32,000 nt of DNA from Pyrolobus fumarii 1A (GTDB taxonomy: Archaea > Thermoproteota > Thermoprotei_A > Sulfolobales > Pyrodictiaceae): the NCBI RefSeq assembly GCF_000223395.1, contig NC_015931.1, positions 450,001 through 482,000 of the forward strand. The letters are read 5' to 3'. The position numbers and the translations under genes are program-made. Below the pieces are notes generated by a model, which saw nothing but the letters and a program-made list of their open reading frames with translations, did no database searches and was not told the DNA's origin. Shown here in pieces: positions 26,442 to 32,000 of this stretch; the stretch's first letter is position 1; every line of letters starts with the position of its first letter.

Positions 26442-27374
26442 TCATATAGTGTCCCCCTCTCGACGGCATTCTATGTCAACACTCCTCATGATCATCCACC
26501 GCGCCTCTTCCGGGTATAAGCGTGTGCTGGACTCCTCTCGGCAGTGCATTCTTGCTACAGCATTGTCTGCTAGCATCAACACGCCCGACACCCTTCTAGC
26601 CTCCACAGCTTTATCTTCCTGAACTGAGGCCCAGTGAGGTAGTAGTGTCGAGGCATGCTCGAGTATAGGCTCGATGCCTACCCGCTCAAGAGTGTCAGCC
26701 AAGTGTTTCAAGTCCTCAGCTACATCTCTTGACACCTTTTTGCACACTTCGCAGCAGGGTCTAAGCTCTTCTACACCCACCTTGCATCTCGAGAGGCTCT
26801 CAGCAACCTCTACTATAACGTCCCTCATGTTGTTGATGAACTCGCCCCTCTCACCACTTTTCATGCCCGCGACTCTAGCTGATATCCATGCAAGCCCGTC
26901 GAGATAGACTCTAGTCTCGAGGCCCCTCAAACCCTGATGATGTAGCAACACAGCCCGTGCGACTATCGCGCTATCCTGTGAACTCTCCCCGTGGAACCAC
27001 ATGTGATAACCATAGACAGCCGCGGAGAGAACCTCGTGGTATCTGAACGAGAGCCTCCATTTCGACTCACAACCCCTCCTCTCGGTATCCTCGATCCTCC
27101 TCTTGTTCAAGAAGTTGTGAAGCACCTTGCCGATGTCGTGCACAGCGGCCGCTAGCATGGCAAAACGTTGGTCGACGCCAAGCCTTTTCGCGAGGGCACA
27201 CGCCGCTATAGCCGAGCCTACCAGGTGTTCAACAAGCACCTCTTTAACAAGCTTATAGCCACCGCTCGTCTCGACACACTCGAATCTAGCGTATAGGCTC
27301 ACACCGCCACCTCTGTACGTGTCCTGCCACATCACCCTACACCACCCGAAGCCCATTCTCCCGGTCATACACAT
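26442..27374 (-). CDS. cas3: Cas3'' HD nuclease (the real start is probably Met15 at 27332, just after the cas3' stop)
   Basis: HD-domain motifs are present: [34 protein letters not shown]. The gene is directly downstream of the Cas3' helicase. Confidence 0.85.
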   Translation of the reverse strand: MCMTGRMGFGWCRVMWQDTYRGGGVSLYARFECVETSGGYKLVKEVLVEHLVGSAIAACALAKRLGVDQRFAMLAAAVHDIGKVLHNFLNKRRIEDTERRGCESKWRLSFRYHEVLSAAVYGYHMWFHGESSQDSAIVARAVLLHHQGLRGLETRVYLDGLAWISARVAGMKSGERGEFINNMRDVIVEVAESLSRCKVGVEELRPCCEVCKKVSRDVAEDLKHLADTLERVGIEPILEHASTLLPHWASVQEDKAVEARRVSGVLMLADNAVARMHCREESSTRLYPEEARWMIMRSVDIECRREGDTI

Positions 27375-29262
27375 CCCGCTTCAAGAGGAAGCCTAGGAGA
27401 AGCCTAGCATCAGTGTAGACAGCGAGCCTCCACATGGTATAGAGGGGTCTCTCGGCAAGCTCGTAGAGGCTTACATCACTCCTAACCCTAAGCCTAAGTC
27501 TACCCTCATCGAGCGTGACAAGCACAGCTTTCACGCTTCCATCCTGATGCTCCAGGTAGCGTTCACCATACTTCCGGATGAACCTGCTGTCGACAGCAAC
27601 GAGTCTGCCTAGCAGCTCTTCAACCTCTCTCTCCGAGACCTCCCTACCATCCACGACCATATCACTGGGGGGTAGCAGAGGTATCAGGGTGCTCTTCCGT
27701 ACGAAGCTTCCGTTGAGCTTCTCGTCAAGCACCTTCACGATCTTACGTGGAGGCTCAGCGAGGGTTGATAAACGCCTGAGCAACTGCTCGAGTTCAGTTG
27801 ACGGCTCAGCAGCCTTAACTTTCACCGAGTACACCTTAGAGTCCAGGTCTCCTAGAAGCTGCCATACAGTCTCGCAACCATCTACACCGCCGCACCTCCA
27901 GTCAAGGCAGCCCCTACAACCATCAAACACCCTGCATCCTAGCACATTCACAACCAAGTTTAGGGTCTCTCTCGTTGCATCAGTATCATAGATGCCATTT
28001 ACAATTCTCAACTTCTCCGCATCGTCATAGACTATGATGATCGTGTTGATGTCGCTCGGTTTACGGTGTCGCGCTACTCTGCCAGCCCTCTGGATGAGAG
28101 CAGGCAGCGGCGCAGCCTCCGAGACGAGAATGTCGAAGTCGAGGTCGACGCCAGCCTCGACAACCTGCGTTGCGAAGAGACAAACTCTATCACCATCCTT
28201 CAACAGCTTCTCAACCTTCTCGAGCTTATCGTGACGCTGCTCCTCACTCATCTTCCCCGTCACAAGCACGGGTTTACAGCCAAGCTCCCGCTCGAGCCTA
28301 GAGCCCCACTCGCTGAACGTCTTGTAAGCCCTCCTCCACGAGTTGAACGCGATGAACACGCTCTTGGCGCCACTCTCGAACCTCCCCTTAAGCTCGTCGA
28401 GAAGAGCCCCAAGATCAACCACAGAGTCTACAACCTCAGCCCTCTTCACTATAGTATCAATGCAACCGCAGTGTTCCGCTTCAAACCCCCTATCGAAGCC
28501 GATATGCTCCTCGAGTCTCACTGCGATCTTGCCGAGCACGCTGAGAAGCCTCTGGTAGAGCTTCCACTGTCTATCACCATAGCCTACGAGCCACACGTTG
28601 GACTTTACACCGGCATTTGATAATACAGCCTCAAGTAGACTTGGCGGTAGTGTTGCAGTGAAGACAGCAACACACCTTCCACTTCCAACATACTCCCGGA
28701 CGATACTGGTGATTACGCCAGCTTGCTTCCTGAGAAGATCGATTTCATCATCCTCTGCCTCACCATCCCCAGAGACCATCAAGTGGTACTCGTCGAGTAT
28801 GAGCAGGTTGAAGCTCCTGGCGAGAGTATAGGCAACGTCGCTGTGCCACGCGCTCCTCATAAGCTCATAGACGGGAATCCCGTAGAACGAGAGCGCGAAG
28901 CTATCAACCGTCACTATCATGTAGTCCCTGGCAAGGTAGGGGGACTTAGCGACACCCTTCACAAGAACACCAGCCTGGAAGCCAACAACATCAGATGCCC
29001 CGAGACCCTTGGCGGCGGAGGCAGCTTTCACAGCAGCCTCAGAGACTATAGCGCGCAAAGGAAGCACGTGAGCAACTCGAAGACCCTCCCTTGCTATCCT
29101 ACTGATAAGCTTGTGTCTGACGAAGCTAGTCTTGCCATAACCCGTTGGTAGCACCCCGACAACCAACCCGCCATTCTCGAGACACTCGTCGATAGCCCTC
29201 GCCAGTCTATCGAGAAGGAGTCTTGTAGGAGCCTTGCCTGTGCCTATCTTCATCTTAACCAC
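27337..29262 (-). CDS. cas3: Cas3' superfamily-2 helicase
   Basis: Helicase motifs are present: [10 protein letters not shown] (motif I), LILDEYHLM (DExH-type motif II), FTATLP (III), [14 protein letters not shown] (V), QRAGRVARH (VI). Confidence 0.9.
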   Translation of the reverse strand: MVKMKIGTGKAPTRLLLDRLARAIDECLENGGLVVGVLPTGYGKTSFVRHKLISRIAREGLRVAHVLPLRAIVSEAAVKAASAAKGLGASDVVGFQAGVLVKGVAKSPYLARDYMIVTVDSFALSFYGIPVYELMRSAWHSDVAYTLARSFNLLILDEYHLMVSGDGEAEDDEIDLLRKQAGVITSIVREYVGSGRCVAVFTATLPPSLLEAVLSNAGVKSNVWLVGYGDRQWKLYQRLLSVLGKIAVRLEEHIGFDRGFEAEHCGCIDTIVKRAEVVDSVVDLGALLDELKGRFESGAKSVFIAFNSWRRAYKTFSEWGSRLERELGCKPVLVTGKMSEEQRHDKLEKVEKLLKDGDRVCLFATQVVEAGVDLDFDILVSEAAPLPALIQRAGRVARHRKPSDINTIIIVYDDAEKLRIVNGIYDTDATRETLNLVVNVLGCRVFDGCRGCLDWRCGGVDGCETVWQLLGDLDSKVYSVKVKAAEPSTELEQLLRRLSTLAEPPRKIVKVLDEKLNGSFVRKSTLIPLLPPSDMVVDGREVSEREVEELLGRLVAVDSRFIRKYGERYLEHQDGSVKAVLVTLDEGRLRLRVRSDVSLYELAERPLYTMWRLAVYTDARLLLGFLLKRDVYDRENGLRVV

Positions 29263-30541
29263 CCCCGGCGGATCTCAGCACGCGGGCGCAAGTGTCAACG
29301 CGTGTAATTCCATTCACGGATGTCAAGTTGCGGATAACAGAGTAGAAGATGTCGCGGTCGACACTACCCTGCAGGATAAAGTCGTAGAGTGGCGTAAGTT
29401 GGGCTGCAACCGCACGCGCCCCACTCTCGTTCAGTACGCCGTGCGAAGCCGCATCGATTATACAACCAGGTAACAACCGGAGCATCGTGAGTAGCCTGTG
29501 CAAAGTCAAGCCAAGTTCGTCGGCAGCGGAGGCGACGCTCTGATAGGCTAGTAGTAGATCCTCGCCACTCACTACTGTAGTCTCCATGAACCTAGTGTCC
29601 TCCGGGTAGTTTACGATAACGATGCTAGGCCATCTGGGGAGAAGCTCGATACTCTCCTCAGACACGCTGTGAAGAACCTCAATCACAAGCAGCCTATAAG
29701 TCCAGCCAACGACATCACCAAAGTACTGCACAAATTCAACTTGCCTACCTAGACCAGGTACGCGGTAGACAATTGATCTCACGTCAATCTTGCACTGGTT
29801 GTCTAGGCGCGGCTGGAACAACACATAAACAGCCTCATGTAGACTCAAGTCGGCATCACCGAGATCACCTAGAAGCACGTTAAGCATCCGCTTCGCTTTT
29901 GCACGTGCCTCGCGGTTGCGTGGATAGACAGTCCTCTCGCGAAGAGCATCGAGAGCGTATATAAATGGCGCTAGATCGCCGAGCGAGACATCTATAAAAC
30001 CTTTCCTAGGCTTAGGTGTCCTCCCGGCTTGCTCATTCTGGTTCGCCTCGGATGCATAGCCTCTCGCGTAGAAGTAGCGCAGAGGATTTGTAATCACACG
30101 ATCCTGCGCCGCTCTCGTCCTCTTGCCCATTATGAACCCCCCAGCCTTCCAAACACAGTTTTGGCTACTCTCGTCGTAGCTTAGCGTAATATTATCCCAG
30201 GATGAGGATGTTAGACTACTTGCATTCATCCCCCACATAGAGGGCGTGCTTGTGTCAATGTTACACCCTTGATTGCACGTTATTTCGATGTACTCGGCTT
30301 TAGCCGAGGAGTTGTAACCGTGCTCGATTCTACAGTCGCACTTTACACTTGTCTTCACGCATCTTCTAAGATCCTCAGAGTTCGCAATGTACCATGTGAT
30401 TGCCGCTAGTGTGAAAGCGAGTGATCTCGCTAAAAGTGCCTCCGGCGGCGGGACGAAGATGCGAGCCGTGTTAGACGGTGTAGATGGAGCTTTTGCCGCT
30501 CGTCTCGACCCGGTTGCACGCTTAACCCGCTTCTTTGCCAT
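29255..30541 (-). CDS. Unrecognised 428-aa protein between cas5 and cas3', a positional candidate for a divergent Cas8a-type large subunit
   Basis: Its ends overlap cas5 (20 nt) and cas3' (8 nt), so it belongs to the operon. It has a basic N-terminus ([17 protein letters not shown]) and a Cys-rich stretch, [15 protein letters not shown]...ITCNQGC. I recognise no family motif. Confidence 0.3.
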   Translation of the reverse strand: MAKKRVKRATGSRRAAKAPSTPSNTARIFVPPPEALLARSLAFTLAAITWYIANSEDLRRCVKTSVKCDCRIEHGYNSSAKAEYIEITCNQGCNIDTSTPSMWGMNASSLTSSSWDNITLSYDESSQNCVWKAGGFIMGKRTRAAQDRVITNPLRYFYARGYASEANQNEQAGRTPKPRKGFIDVSLGDLAPFIYALDALRERTVYPRNREARAKAKRMLNVLLGDLGDADLSLHEAVYVLFQPRLDNQCKIDVRSIVYRVPGLGRQVEFVQYFGDVVGWTYRLLVIEVLHSVSEESIELLPRWPSIVIVNYPEDTRFMETTVVSGEDLLLAYQSVASAADELGLTLHRLLTMLRLLPGCIIDAASHGVLNESGARAVAAQLTPLYDFILQGSVDRDIFYSVIRNLTSVNGITRVDTCARVLRSAGGG

Positions 30542-31451
30542 GGTCCCGCACCCTGGGTATGACTATACGCGTATGCACGAGTATATACTCTATTGTAGGT
30601 TCACGCTTAGAGGGAAAAACAGAGTTTAAACTCTCAACGCGATACACGCCACACTTATCCGTGTTGATTTTTACGCGCACCCAACCCGGGTATCTGGGGT
30701 GTATCGCTTCGCGTAGCACATTGAATCTGGTTAAGCTTGGGTTTAGCTTACTGCAGGGTTCAGCCGAGTAGCTGCATATAAGCTCGTCCGCGTCGCGTGG
30801 TACAGGCGTCTTCTCGGCCACATAGTTTCCGTAAACATTTCCAACGCATTCTCTCAACGTGAGCCAGGGTGTCACAATCTCGTTGACACCATGCTCCTCT
30901 ACAAGTTGAGCCTCAAACACGGCCAGGGGATCGACAAACGACTCTTTACCGCCAAGCCGCGAGACATGCTGCAGACCCGTCTTGAGCGCGTCTATGTCCC
31001 CGTCTTCGGATGCAACCAGTACCATTACCCTACCGTGGGGTGAAATCGTGTACCCTAGCTTTATTGGCGCAAAGAGCTCGTGGACGGCGAGTTTCTGCGG
31101 GAGGTCTTCACGCCTAGTTTTGAGCGACTGATACGGGCCTGTGAAGTAGCGTATGAGTATACCGGTTCTAATGGAGGGTGAGAGCCAGGCTGCCGAAACC
31201 CACCATCTCCTACCGAGGATCTTTATTATGGATGCAGCGCCGCTAGTTAAGATCGACCCGGAGCCGATACTCGTAATTATGAACTCGCGTGTACCCAGCA
31301 ACCCGAGGTCGTGGAGGGTCTTGGCTAGCGCCCCTAGAATTGTGGTTGGCGGGGGGAGTAGGTATGAAGGTTGAGATGCGCTTCCGAACCACGCTCGGCT
31401 CGACAACCCCCAGTGGACGCGGTATACCGCAATAGCAGCTCGGAGTACCAA
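30522..31451 (-). CDS. cas5: Cas5 (Cas5a-like)
   Basis: The N-terminal AVYRVHWGLSSRAWFGSASQPSYLLPPPTTILGALAKTL matches the Cas5 signature (...s.ty.lPpPstilGal...). The gene lies directly downstream of cas7. Confidence 0.7.
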   Translation of the reverse strand: MVLRAAIAVYRVHWGLSSRAWFGSASQPSYLLPPPTTILGALAKTLHDLGLLGTREFIITSIGSGSILTSGAASIIKILGRRWWVSAAWLSPSIRTGILIRYFTGPYQSLKTRREDLPQKLAVHELFAPIKLGYTISPHGRVMVLVASEDGDIDALKTGLQHVSRLGGKESFVDPLAVFEAQLVEEHGVNEIVTPWLTLRECVGNVYGNYVAEKTPVPRDADELICSYSAEPCSKLNPSLTRFNVLREAIHPRYPGWVRVKINTDKCGVYRVESLNSVFPSKREPTIEYILVHTRIVIPRVRDHGKEAG

Positions 31452-31458
31452 GACGTTT

Positions 31459-32000
31459 TCACCTGGCGGTGCACTGCAAGCCTACATTGTCTCGAATCCT
31501 CCCGATCAAGTCGGGTATGGTGTTCGTTATCTCAACACCTGGTAGCCTGCCTATCAGCTGCCTGAGCCTCTCGGCGTAGTTGCTGCCTAGGGCTGCCGTG
31601 ACATATGCTACGAGCTTCACGTCAACATTGAGCTTCTTGTAGTCGTCTAGCTTCCTCTTAAGTTCCTCCACAAGGTTCTCGAGGGGTAGTGTCGCTGGGG
31701 GTAGCGGCACCGGCCTGTCGCTCAAAACTGCTATGACAAGCTCGGTGACGTTATGCGGCCTGTACCTTGACCTCTTGGCTCCAAAATCGCCTTCGAGCAA
31801 CGGCCTAAGTGCATCCAGAGCAACGCACCTTCTCAATGTCAGCGTGCACTCTTTGTCCTCCACGCACCCCCCTGCTATGCTATAGCTCCCCACGCAACAG
31901 AGGTCAAGCTCGATGTTGCCGCCGTAGAGCACCGACCCGACCTGCACGTAGTATGGGACCTGGATGGCCTCCTCGTAGCCAGGTAGCCTCAACGACTGTG
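31459..32000 (-). CDS. cas7: Cas7 (Csa2-like), C-terminal part only. The ORF is open to the window edge
   Basis: There is no in-frame stop between 31992 and 32000. The segments ..VPYYVQVGSVLYGGNIELDL..VG.. and ..LEGDFGAKRSRYRP.. resemble the Csa2/DevR-type Cas7 C-terminal half. The position upstream of cas5 also fits. Confidence 0.6.
   Translation of the reverse strand, partial: QSLRLPGYEEAIQVPYYVQVGSVLYGGNIELDLCCVGSYSIAGGCVEDKECTLTLRRCVALDALRPLLEGDFGAKRSRYRPHNVTELVIAVLSDRPVPLPPATLPLENLVEELKRKLDDYKKLNVDVKLVAYVTAALGSNYAERLRQLIGRLPGVEITNTIPDLIGRIRDNVGLQCTAR

Overview
This is a high-GC archaeal segment that looks crenarchaeal (I cannot name the organism). It is dominated by a type I-A-like CRISPR-Cas locus. 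Two arrays share one 25-bp repeat, GAAACAACCAAGAATGAATTGAAAG in transcript orientation, ending in the canonical archaeal ATTGAAAG handle. Array 1 (11092-16549) has 80 repeats and 79 spacers and is read from the minus strand. Array 2 (23827-25977) has 32 repeats and 31 spacers and is read from the plus strand. Both are transcribed outward from 309-bp leaders that are inverted copies of each other (16550-16858 and 23518-23826). The leaders flank the adaptation block: cas4, an archaeal AAA ATPase, a DUF3800-like gene, a decayed ACT-domain gene, cas2, cas1, csa1/cas4', and divergent csa3. To the right, on the minus strand and visibly lower in GC, lies the interference operon: cas7 (partial at the window edge), cas5, an unrecognised 428-aa protein, cas3' and cas3''. 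I see no cas6, csa5 or cas10 in the window. The left 10.5 kb is an accessory or defence-like island. It holds a frameshifted HhH-like gene, a stand-alone CARF protein divergent from a NurA-like/HerA-like pair, a second archaeal ATPase, a VapB antitoxin with a truncated VapC, a 511-aa CARF-like/PIN fusion candidate, and a short TGT-family (DpdA-like) protein. The best candidates for something undescribed are the CARF + NurA/HerA module, the CARF-like-PIN protein, the short TGT paralog, the conserved leader boxes shared with the csa1/csa3 promoter region, and an overlapping spacer pair split across the two arrays. All functional calls rest on motif reading by eye. No database search was run.
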